Assembly (NCBI GenBank): GCA_049294015.1
Contig: JBAQCH010000024.1
Location: 62,226 to 126,225 of the forward strand
DNA: 64,000 nt
Reading direction: 5' to 3'
Source of the DNA: Anaerolineae bacterium
GTDB taxonomy: Bacteria; Chloroflexota; Anaerolineae; JAAEKA01
Below the pieces are notes generated by a model that saw nothing but the letters and a program-made list of their open reading frames with translations, did no database searches and was not told the origin of the DNA. Made by a program: the position numbers and the translations under genes. Position 1 is the first letter of the stretch, and each line of letters begins with the position of its first letter. Shown piece after piece: positions 8,192-16,374 of this stretch.

Positions 8192-10293
8192 AAGCCACCG
8201 AAGCCAACTTGCTGGATTTCCTTAAGAAGTCACCTCAGTTTGTAATCCCGATCTACCAACGCACGTATAGCTGGACCGAGCGCGAATGCCGCCAGCTTTG
8301 GGATGACATCCTGCGCACCGGCAGCAACGACGCCATCGCCGCCCATTTTGTCGGTTCTATCGTCTACATCGAGAAGGGTCTATATCAGGTCACAAGCCAG
8401 TCGCCGCTGTTGGTGATCGACGGCCAGCAACGACTGACGACCGTCATGTTGATCCTGGAAGTGCTGGCGCGCCACGTGGGAAACAGCGAGCCGGTCGATG
8501 GTTTCTCGGCCAGGAAACTCCGCAGCTACTACCTGCTTAACCCGCTGGAGGACGGTGAACGGCACTTCAAGCTGCTGCTTACGCAGACTGATAAGCAAAG
8601 TCTCCTGGCGATGGTGCAGCAGAAGCCTCAGCCCGTCGAGCCGTCGCTGCGCATCGCGGACAACTTCGCCTTCTTCGAAGAGCAGATCAAGGCCCTCGGG
8701 AAGAACCTGACACCGCTGTGCAAAGGGTTGGCAAAGCTCGTGATCGTCGACATCTCACTGAGCCGGGATCAGGACAACCCGCAGCTCATATTTGAGAGTA
8801 TGAACTCGACTGGCCGTGAGTTGAGCCAGGCCGACCTGATTCGCAATTTCATTTTGATGGGGCTGGAGCCAGCCCAACAGACGCAGCTTTACGAAGATCA
8901 CTGGCGGCCGATGGAGGTTGACTTCGGCCAGGAGGCCTACGGCACCCAGTTCGACAGCTTCATGCGTCATTACCTGACTTTGAAGACTGGCGATATCCCC
9001 AATGTCCGTGCCGTTTACGAGGCGTTCAAGTCTCACGCCCGCTCTCCAGAAGTTGTGGCAGCAGGCATCGAGGCCTTGGTTGAAGACATCCATCGCTATG
9101 CTGGCTACTATTGTGCGATGGCTTTGGACAAGGAATCCAGCAAGGAGTTGGCAGAAGCCTTCCGGGATCTGCGCGAGATGAAGGTCGATGTGGCGTATCC
9201 ATTCCTTCTGGAACTGTACCACGACTTTGCCGAGGGGGTGTTGCCTGAAGCCGATTTCCTCCAGGCCGTGCGGTTGGTGGAGGCTTACGTGTTCCGCCGG
9301 GCCGTGTGCGCAATTCCTACCAACTCTCTCAACAAGACCTTCGCCACGTTCAGACGCGCCCTCAAGAAAGAGCGCTACATTGAGAGTATCCAGGCGCATT
9401 TCCTCACATTGCCGTCCTATCGCCGTTTCCCCAACGATGAGGAGTTCAAGCGCGAGTTGTCCATTCGTGATCTCTACAATTTTCCCCGTCGTAGCTATTG
9501 GCTGCGACGCCTGGAGAATTTTGACCGGAAGGAGCGAGTGTCGGTGGGTGAATACACCATCGAACACATTCTTCCCCAGAACGAGAACCTTTCCGTCGCA
9601 TGGCGTCAGTCGCTCGGTCCAGAGTGGCGACGTATACAAGAAACCTGGCTGCACACACTGGGGAATCTCACATTGACGGGCTACAATGCCGAGTACAGCG
9701 ATCGACCGTTCCAGGAAAAACGAGATATGCCGGGCGGGTTCAAAGAGAGCCCACTGCGGCTCAATCAAGGACTTGGTGCACTGGACGCGTGGAACGAAGC
9801 TGCCATTCAGGCACGGGCGAAGCATCTTGCCGAAAAGGCCGTCAAGGTATGGGCAGCGCCCGCCCTATCGGACGCCGTGCTCGAGACCTACCAGTCAAAG
9901 GCCGAAAAGTCTGTTGGCTATAGCATCTCCGACCATCCACATGTGGCTGAAGGCGGGACCATGCAGGCCCTGTTTGAGCAACTCCGCAAGGAGATCCTGG
10001 CGCTGGACCCTTGCGTTTCCGAGGAGATTCTCAAGCTCTACATCGCCTACAAAGCTGAGACCAACTTCGTGGACATCGTGCCACAGAAGAGTCGCCTCCG
10101 CCTCTCTCTCAACATGCACTTTCACGAGTTGAACGACCCCAGGGAGATGGCCAAAGATGTGACCAATCTGGGCCGCTGGGGAAATGGCGACGTGGAGGTC
10201 GGCCTGAATCAACCGGAGGACATACCCTATGTCATGGGTTTGTTGCGTCAGGCCTTTGAGAAACAGATGGGCAACGGGATAGAGACGGAATGA
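8188..10293 (+). CDS. GmrSD-family fused DUF262 (ParB/Srx-like NTPase) plus DUF1524 (His-Me/HNH-like nuclease) protein; likely type IV modification-dependent restriction enzyme or BrxU/SspE-like effector
   Basis: N-terminal DUF262 hallmarks IPIYQRTYSWTERECRQLWDD and VIDGQQRLTT. C-terminal DUF1524-like region with EYTIEHILPQN. ATG overlaps the upstream remnant stop (ATGA). Confidence 0.85.
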   Translation: MKATEANLLDFLKKSPQFVIPIYQRTYSWTERECRQLWDDILRTGSNDAIAAHFVGSIVYIEKGLYQVTSQSPLLVIDGQQRLTTVMLILEVLARHVGNSEPVDGFSARKLRSYYLLNPLEDGERHFKLLLTQTDKQSLLAMVQQKPQPVEPSLRIADNFAFFEEQIKALGKNLTPLCKGLAKLVIVDISLSRDQDNPQLIFESMNSTGRELSQADLIRNFILMGLEPAQQTQLYEDHWRPMEVDFGQEAYGTQFDSFMRHYLTLKTGDIPNVRAVYEAFKSHARSPEVVAAGIEALVEDIHRYAGYYCAMALDKESSKELAEAFRDLREMKVDVAYPFLLELYHDFAEGVLPEADFLQAVRLVEAYVFRRAVCAIPTNSLNKTFATFRRALKKERYIESIQAHFLTLPSYRRFPNDEEFKRELSIRDLYNFPRRSYWLRRLENFDRKERVSVGEYTIEHILPQNENLSVAWRQSLGPEWRRIQETWLHTLGNLTLTGYNAEYSDRPFQEKRDMPGGFKESPLRLNQGLGALDAWNEAAIQARAKHLAEKAVKVWAAPALSDAVLETYQSKAEKSVGYSISDHPHVAEGGTMQALFEQLRKEILALDPCVSEEILKLYIAYKAETNFVDIVPQKSRLRLSLNMHFHELNDPREMAKDVTNLGRWGNGDVEVGLNQPEDIPYVMGLLRQAFEKQMGNGIETE

Positions 10294-10391
10294 GTTTCAC
10301 CGAAGACACCCTCGTCCAACAGACCACCGCCGACTACCTCGAACAGCAGCTCGGCTGGCGCTCGGTCTACGCCTGTAACGATGGAGAATAA
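10290..10391 (+). pseudogene. Near-identical duplicate of the hsdR 5' end (about 85 nt, ~97% identical to 12343-12428) ending in a degenerate junction (..VYACNDGE*)
   Basis: ttcaccgaagacaccctcgtccaacagaccaccgccgactacct.gaacagcagctcggctggcgctcggtctacgcct is shared with the hsdR start. ATG overlaps the GmrSD stop (ATGA at 10290-10293). Confidence 0.6.
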
Positions 10392-12033
10392 CAGCATGAG
10401 CATTGAAGGTCAGGATTGGGACCGCAAGTCGCTACGCTTCGTCGAAGGACGTTCCGCCAACTGGGACGAAGTCGCCAAAGACTGTGTGGCCTTTGCCAAT
10501 GCGCAGGGCGGCGGGTTGTTGATCGGTATCGAGGATGATGCATGGGCGCCGCCGGCGGGTCAGCGTATTGCGGACGAACTGATCGAACGTGTGCGCCGCC
10601 GGATCGGCGAGCTGACTGTGAATGTCACCTGCGCGGTGCAGCGAGAATTGTCCGCTGAAACCGGCGGCGAATTTCTGCGGGTGACTGTTTCTCGCTCTCA
10701 TGCCCCTGCATCTACCACCGATGGCCGCTACTACTTTCGCATTGCGGACGAGTCCAAACCCCTCGTGGGCGAACAAGTTCAACGCCTGCTCAACGAGCGC
10801 AACGCTCAGCCCTGGGAGACGCTGACGACTCTCAGCGTGCCGCGCGGCCAGACGGATCCGGCCAAGCTTGCGGCGTTCACTGCGGCTATTCGGGCATCCA
10901 GCCGGGTCAAGGCGTCGGTCAAGGAGAAGGGCGACGCGGAATTGCTGGATCACTACTACCTGGCCATCGATCGCCACCTGACCAACCTGGGCATTCTCTG
11001 TGTCGGACGCAGGCAGGATCGTGTTCAACTGGGCGCAGCGCCGGTGATTCAGTTCATCAAGTACGATCAGGATGATCGCAAGGTCAGCAAACTCTCCTGG
11101 GATGATCACTCTCTGACGCCGATGGAACTGGTGGAGGCAGTGTGGCGGGAGGTTCCGGATTTCCGCGAGACCTATGAACTGCCGGACGGCCTGTTTCGAC
11201 AATACCTGCCGGCCTATGACCAGCGGGTGGTACGGGAACTACTCGTCAACGCGTTGGTGCATCGACCATACACCCAACGGGGCGACATCTATCTGAATCT
11301 TTACCCGGATCGATTGCAGGTCGTCAATCCAGGATTACTACCTTTGGGTGTCACTCCTCAGACCATCCTGCACCAATCGGTGCGGCGAAACGATGAGATG
11401 GCGCGCGTGTTTCACGATCTGGGGCTGATGGAGCGTGAGGGCAGCGGGTATGATCTGCTTTACGAGGTCTTGACTTCGCAGGGACGAAAGCTGCCAGAAG
11501 TTCGTGAGGGAAGTGATCGGGTCGAAGTGGTCGTTTACCGGCGCGTAATCAAGCCCGTGGTGATTGATTTCCTGTCCAAGGCGGACGCTGCGTACCACCT
11601 AACGCAACGTGAACGAATAGCGCTGGGAATTCTGGTTCAATACGATGCTCTGACGATGCGAGAGCTAGCCAATCTCCTGGAGTTGCAGGACACATCGTCT
11701 GTGAATTTCTGGATCGAGAGGCTTCTGGAATGGAGAATTGTTAAGCAGGTTGGAAAAACAAGCGGGACCCGCTATTTTGTCGATCCCGATCTACTGGACA
11801 GGATGAACTTTCCAAGTAAGACAACCCTTGCTCGTATTGAGACTCATCGACTCCGTGCCCTGATTTTGGAGGATTTGCGAAGACATCCAGGTTCTTCCAC
11901 AAGTAAGATGCGTGAGCGCATTGGAGATGAGATCCCTATGCAACAAATTCGCAGGCAGCTCGCCATTCTGACAAAGGAAGGCCTAGTAGTGTTTCGAGGA
12001 GATAAACGCTGGCGTCGGTACTGGCCGACATGA
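10381..12033 (+). CDS. Schlafen-like AlbA_2 (divergent AAA) domain protein with HATPase_c_4-like middle region and C-terminal winged-helix; ATP-binding putative DNA-binding regulator or defence protein
   Basis: N-terminal AlbA_2 signature E..K.LRFVE...W.EVAKDCVAFANAQGGGLLIGIEDD. Middle RELLVNALVHRPY...GDIYLNLYPDRLQVVNPG matches the HATPase_c_4/RecG-C-like motif. C-terminal region is wHTH-like. 3' third is AT-richer. Confidence 0.75.
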   Translation: MENNSMSIEGQDWDRKSLRFVEGRSANWDEVAKDCVAFANAQGGGLLIGIEDDAWAPPAGQRIADELIERVRRRIGELTVNVTCAVQRELSAETGGEFLRVTVSRSHAPASTTDGRYYFRIADESKPLVGEQVQRLLNERNAQPWETLTTLSVPRGQTDPAKLAAFTAAIRASSRVKASVKEKGDAELLDHYYLAIDRHLTNLGILCVGRRQDRVQLGAAPVIQFIKYDQDDRKVSKLSWDDHSLTPMELVEAVWREVPDFRETYELPDGLFRQYLPAYDQRVVRELLVNALVHRPYTQRGDIYLNLYPDRLQVVNPGLLPLGVTPQTILHQSVRRNDEMARVFHDLGLMEREGSGYDLLYEVLTSQGRKLPEVREGSDRVEVVVYRRVIKPVVIDFLSKADAAYHLTQRERIALGILVQYDALTMRELANLLELQDTSSVNFWIERLLEWRIVKQVGKTSGTRYFVDPDLLDRMNFPSKTTLARIETHRLRALILEDLRRHPGSSTSKMRERIGDEIPMQQIRRQLAILTKEGLVVFRGDKRWRRYWPT

Positions 12034-12333
12034 TGTTCTATCGAACAAAAAGCACTGAATTCAATGCAAAAATGCTAACACTGTTACTTAAATGAGATTG
12101 TTGACTTCCGTAGCGCGATACATTGCTGATGCATTGCTTGTTTCGATTTCTATATATTGTATTCAATAAGTTATCTGATACTATATGTAGTGATTGTCAA
12201 AGACAAGTAAAGCCTAGAATCCCGATTCTCGCTGAAAATTCTATCTAACAAATCCTGTTGAGTTTTCGTGAATTGTCAATTAGCTGTTCGTTAGGCAGAC
12301 GTTTACAAGTGCGCAACATATGAGAAATGACCG
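12034..12333 (+). promoter_or_regulatory. 300-bp strongly AT-rich intergenic island directly upstream of hsdR; candidate promoter region (for example TTGTAT-16-TACTAT at 12157-12184) and probable 3' edge of the last inserted cassette
   Basis: AT-rich sequence (for example ctatatattgtattcaataagttatctgatactatatgtagtgattgtcaaag) contrasts with the GC-rich flanks. The promoter hexamers are a weak call because the AT richness produces many matches. Confidence 0.35.
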
Positions 12334-15300
12334 ATGAAGGCTGATCGATTCACCGAAGACACCCTCGTCCAACAGACCACCGCCGACTACCTGGAACAGC
12401 AGCTCGGCTGGCGCTCGGTCTACGCCTACAACCGCGAGGACTTCGGGCCGGACAGCCTGCTGGGCCGGGCGTCGGACCGGGAGGTGGTGCTGACGCGGCC
12501 GCTGCGCGCCGCGCTGGCCGCGCTCAACCCGGACCTGCCCGCCGCGGCCTACGACGACGCCGTGCGCCAGCTCGTCAGCGTGACAGCCACCCAGTCGCTG
12601 CTGGCAACGAACCGCGAGAAGTATACCCTGATCCGCGATGGCGTGCCGGTCAGTTTCCGCAACGCCAGGGGCGAGCTGGAGCGGCGCCGGCTGCGGGTGA
12701 TCGACTTCGCCGACCCGGCCGCCAACGACTTCCTCTGCGTGCGCGAGCTGTGGGTGCGGGGCGACCTCTACCGGCGGCGGGCCGACATCGTGGGCTTCGT
12801 CAACGGCCTGCCCCTGCTCTTCATGGAGCTGAAGAACGTCAGCCGGGACATCCGCGCCGCCTACGAACGCAACTTCAAGGACTACCTGGATACCGTGCCC
12901 CACCTGTTCCACCACAACGCGGTGGTGGTGCTGGCCAACGGCGTGGACGCCAAGCTCGGCTCGCTGACCAGTCGCTTCGAGCACTTCCACGAGTGGAAGC
13001 GGCTGGACGAGGACGAGCCGGGCGTGGTGGACATGGAAACCCTGCTCAAGGGCATCTGCCAGCCGGCCAACTTCCTGGACCTGGTGGAGAACTTCATCCT
13101 CTTCGACGACTCGGCCGGCGAGCCGAGGAAGATACTGGCCCGCAACCACCAGTTCCTGGGCGTCAACCGCGCCATCCGGGCTGTGGAGGAGCGCCGCCAG
13201 CGCCAGGGCAAGCTGGGCGTCTTCTGGCACACCCAAGGCGCGGGCAAGAGCTACTCCATGGTCTTCTTCACGCGCAAGGTGCATCGCAAGCTGGGCGGCA
13301 ACTTTACCTTCCTGGTGCTCACCGACCGGGAGGACCTGGACACGCAGATCTACAAAACCTTTGCCGGCTGCGGCGTGGTGGACAACGACCGCGATCCCTG
13401 CCGGGCGGCCGGCGGCCAGCATCTGAACCAACTGCTGACCCTGCACAAGGCGTACATCTTCTCGCTGATCCAGAAGTTCAACCGCGACGTGGAGCCGGAT
13501 CAGCCCTACAGCGAGCGGGAGGACATCATTGTCATCAGCGACGAGGCCCACCGCAGCCAGTACGGCAGCCTGGCGCTGAACCTGCGCAACGCGCTGCCCA
13601 ACGCCAGCTCGATCGGCTTCACCGGCACGCCCCTCTTCAAGAATGACGAGATCACCCGCCGCGTCTTCGGCGACTACGTTTCCACCTACGACTTCCAGCG
13701 CGCGGTGGCGGACAAGGCCACTGTGCCCCTTTACTACGACGCGCGCGGCGACAAGCTGGGCGTGGTTACCGACGACCTGAACGAGCGCATCGCCGAGAAG
13801 CTGGAGGAGATGGAAAACTCCCTTCTCCCCACGGGAGAAGGGCCGGGGATGAGGGGATTCGACATCGACGTCGCCCAGCGGCTGGAGCGCGAGCTGGAGC
13901 GGGACTATCACGTCATCACCGCCGGTAAGCGGCTGGATCAGATCGCCCAGGACTTCGTCGAGCACTATTCAACCTCTTGGGAGACCGGCAAGGCGATGCT
14001 GGTCTGCATCGACAAGGTGACCTGCGTGCGCATGCACAAGCTGGTCGGGTTCTACTGGGATCAGCGCATCAAGGCGCTGGAGCGAGCAGCGCCCGCGGCG
14101 ACCGACGAGCAGGACGAGCAATATCGCCGTCGCCAGATCGAATGGATGCGCGCGACCCGCATGGCTGTGGTGATCAGCGAGGAGCAGGGCGAGGTGGCTA
14201 GATTCCAGCAGTGGGGATTGGACATCACGCCCCATCGCCGCCTCCTCAAGGAGGGCATGGACCTGCCGGAGGCCATGCGCCAGCAGCCCCAGTACCGCGC
14301 CATGCAGCGCCTGGCCCTGGACGATGCCTTCAAGGCCGAGCAGCACCCCTTCCGCATCGCCATCGTCTGCGCCATGTGGCTGACCGGCTTCGACGTGCCC
14401 AGCCTGGCGACGCTCTACCTGGACAAGCCACTCAAGGCCCACACCCTGATGCAGGCCATCGCGCGCGCCAACCGGGTCAACGAGGGCAAGAACAACGGCC
14501 TCCTCGTGGACTACTGCGGCATCCTCAAGAACCTGCGCCAGGCCCTGGCCACCTTTGCCGGCGCAGGGGATGGCGGCCGCGACGGCGACGGCGGCGAGAT
14601 CGACCCGGCCCGCCCTGAGCAGGAGCTGCTGGCCGATCTGGCTGAGGCCGTCGCGCTGGTGCAGGCGTTTTTGGCCGAACGGGGAGCGTCGCTGGATGCC
14701 ATCATCAGCCAGGCAGGCTTCGCCCGCAACGCGGCCATCCTGGCGGCCAAGGAAGCGGCCAACCAGAACGACGCGACGCGCAAGCGCTTCGAGGTCATGT
14801 GCCGGGCGGTGTTCAGCAAGTTCAAGGCTTGTCTGACCCTGGCCGGCGTCAACGCCCACCGGCGCGACAAGAGCGCCATCGACATCGTCTACCAGAGCCT
14901 GCAAGCCGACCGCGCGCAGGCCGACATCAGCGCCATCACGCAGGAATTGCACGAGATCGTCGACCAGGCCATCGCGGTGTGGCGCAGCCCGACAGCCGCT
15001 GACCGGGCGCCGTACGACATCAGCCAGATCGATTTCGAGCGCCTGCGACGGGAGTTCGAACGCAGCCCCGCCCAACGCACCACTGTGCAGAATCTCAAGA
15101 CTGCCATCGAGCGCCGCCTCCAGCGCCTGCTGGCGCAGAACCCCCTGCGAGCTGACTTGCAGCGGCGCTACGAGGAGATCGTGGCCGACTACAACCGCGA
15201 GAAGGACCGCCTGACCATCGAGCAGACCTTTGAGGAATTGCTGCGCTTCGTGCAAGCCATGGACGAGGAGGAGACGCGCGCCGCACGCGAGGGATTGACC

Positions 15301-15627
15301 GAGGAAACGCTAGCCGTGTTCGACCTGCTCAAGAAGCCTGAGCTGGCGCCGCAGGAGATCGAGCGCATTAAGAGGGTGGCGGGCGACTTGCTGGCGACGC
15401 TCAAGGCCGACAAGCTGCGCGTCGAGCAGTGGCAGGACAAGGAGGCCACGCGCGACGCCGTGCGCCAGGCCATCCTCGATTTCCTGTGGAACGACAGCAC
15501 CGGCCTGCCGGTCGGCCGCTACAGCGAGCGTGATGTGCAGGCGCGCGCCGACGTGGTCTATCAGCACGTCTTCCGGGTCTATCCCAGGCTGCCCTCGCCC
15601 TATTACGAGCTGCGCATGGCCGCGTAA
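12334..15627 (+). CDS. hsdR: Type I restriction enzyme R subunit HsdR (SF2 helicase/nuclease)
   Basis: 1097 aa; Walker A GVFWHTQGAGKSYSMVFF, DEAH box VISDEAHRSQYG, helicase motifs; long helical C-terminus. High GC like hsdM. Confidence 0.9.
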   Translation: MKADRFTEDTLVQQTTADYLEQQLGWRSVYAYNREDFGPDSLLGRASDREVVLTRPLRAALAALNPDLPAAAYDDAVRQLVSVTATQSLLATNREKYTLIRDGVPVSFRNARGELERRRLRVIDFADPAANDFLCVRELWVRGDLYRRRADIVGFVNGLPLLFMELKNVSRDIRAAYERNFKDYLDTVPHLFHHNAVVVLANGVDAKLGSLTSRFEHFHEWKRLDEDEPGVVDMETLLKGICQPANFLDLVENFILFDDSAGEPRKILARNHQFLGVNRAIRAVEERRQRQGKLGVFWHTQGAGKSYSMVFFTRKVHRKLGGNFTFLVLTDREDLDTQIYKTFAGCGVVDNDRDPCRAAGGQHLNQLLTLHKAYIFSLIQKFNRDVEPDQPYSEREDIIVISDEAHRSQYGSLALNLRNALPNASSIGFTGTPLFKNDEITRRVFGDYVSTYDFQRAVADKATVPLYYDARGDKLGVVTDDLNERIAEKLEEMENSLLPTGEGPGMRGFDIDVAQRLERELERDYHVITAGKRLDQIAQDFVEHYSTSWETGKAMLVCIDKVTCVRMHKLVGFYWDQRIKALERAAPAATDEQDEQYRRRQIEWMRATRMAVVISEEQGEVARFQQWGLDITPHRRLLKEGMDLPEAMRQQPQYRAMQRLALDDAFKAEQHPFRIAIVCAMWLTGFDVPSLATLYLDKPLKAHTLMQAIARANRVNEGKNNGLLVDYCGILKNLRQALATFAGAGDGGRDGDGGEIDPARPEQELLADLAEAVALVQAFLAERGASLDAIISQAGFARNAAILAAKEAANQNDATRKRFEVMCRAVFSKFKACLTLAGVNAHRRDKSAIDIVYQSLQADRAQADISAITQELHEIVDQAIAVWRSPTAADRAPYDISQIDFERLRREFERSPAQRTTVQNLKTAIERRLQRLLAQNPLRADLQRRYEEIVADYNREKDRLTIEQTFEELLRFVQAMDEEETRAAREGLTEETLAVFDLLKKPELAPQEIERIKRVAGDLLATLKADKLRVEQWQDKEATRDAVRQAILDFLWNDSTGLPVGRYSERDVQARADVVYQHVFRVYPRLPSPYYELRMAA
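13819..13857 (-). repeat. Second copy of the ~38-bp CCCTCATCCCCGGCCCTTCTCCC..GGGAGAAGGGAG palindromic element, inverted orientation, in-frame inside hsdR
   Basis: The reverse complement of 13819-13857 matches 1063-1100 at 38/39 nt. Encodes SLLPTGEGPGMRG in HsdR. Confidence 0.7.
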
Positions 15628-15630
15628 CAG

Positions 15631-15666
15631 CCGTCCCCAGCATGTGGTCAACGGGGCGTTTTTGGG
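15631..15666 (+). terminator. Weak candidate rho-independent terminator after hsdR (short GC stem plus TTTTT)
   Basis: ccgtcccc-agcatgtggtcaac-ggggcg followed by ttttt right after the TAA stop; the stem is short and imperfect. Confidence 0.3.
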
Positions 15667-15700
15667 TTCTCGCACACAAAGACCGAGAATATACCCTCGC

Positions 15701-16324
15701 CTAGCCGATGCCGGCCACCACCGCCGCCAGCTCCGCCAGCACCATCGCTGTCGCGCCCCAGACTTTGTGGCCGGCGACCAGATAATAGGGGATCTGCCGC
15801 GTTGCGCCGCTGACGAACCATTCCTCCTGCGCGCAGTTGCTCTCGTCCAGAAAATGGCTGATGGGGACCTCCAGCAGCTCAGCCACCTCGTGGGGTTGGA
15901 GGCGAAACTCCGGCCGGCGGGGCAGATGGGCCACGTGGGGGTAGATGCGGAAATCGCTGGGGGGAATGTAGAGCGGCGTCAGGTCGCCCAGCAGGCGCAG
16001 GTCGGTCTCGCAGACGCCGATCTCCTCGCAGGCCTCGCGCAACGCCGCGTGCGCCGTGGATATGTCGTCGGGATCGATGCTGCCGCCCGGAAAGCTGATC
16101 TGGCCGCGGTGGCTGCCCACGGTGTCGGTGCGGCGGGTCAGCGCCAGATACAGCTCACCGTCTACGCCGCCGGGGTAGAGCAGCACCAACACGGCCCCTT
16201 CGCGCGGCCGGTGATCGGGCGTGGGCGGGTACAGCGGCCGCGGGTTGGGCGCCATGCGCACCATGGCGGCCAAGCCAGGCAGCGGCCGGCGCAGGGCAGC
16301 CTCGATCTGTTCAATCGTGACCAT
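15701..16324 (-). CDS. NUDIX hydrolase, CoA pyrophosphatase (NudL-like)
   Basis: Nudix box GGSIDPDDISTAHAALREACEEIGV; 207 aa. Confidence 0.8.
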   Translation of the reverse strand: MVTIEQIEAALRRPLPGLAAMVRMAPNPRPLYPPTPDHRPREGAVLVLLYPGGVDGELYLALTRRTDTVGSHRGQISFPGGSIDPDDISTAHAALREACEEIGVCETDLRLLGDLTPLYIPPSDFRIYPHVAHLPRRPEFRLQPHEVAELLEVPISHFLDESNCAQEEWFVSGATRQIPYYLVAGHKVWGATAMVLAELAAVVAGIG

Positions 16325-16374
16325 GATGTCGTCATTATAGCGCCACAGCCCAAAAAACTCAACCCAGCGCCCGT

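Noticed and set aside
12280-15255. Long minus-strand ORFs (561 aa and 428 aa) and plus-strand 298 aa ORF overlapping hsdR
   Set aside because: Antisense or out-of-frame to the hsdR helicase with clear Walker A and DEAH motifs; low-complexity Arg/Gly/Ala composition.
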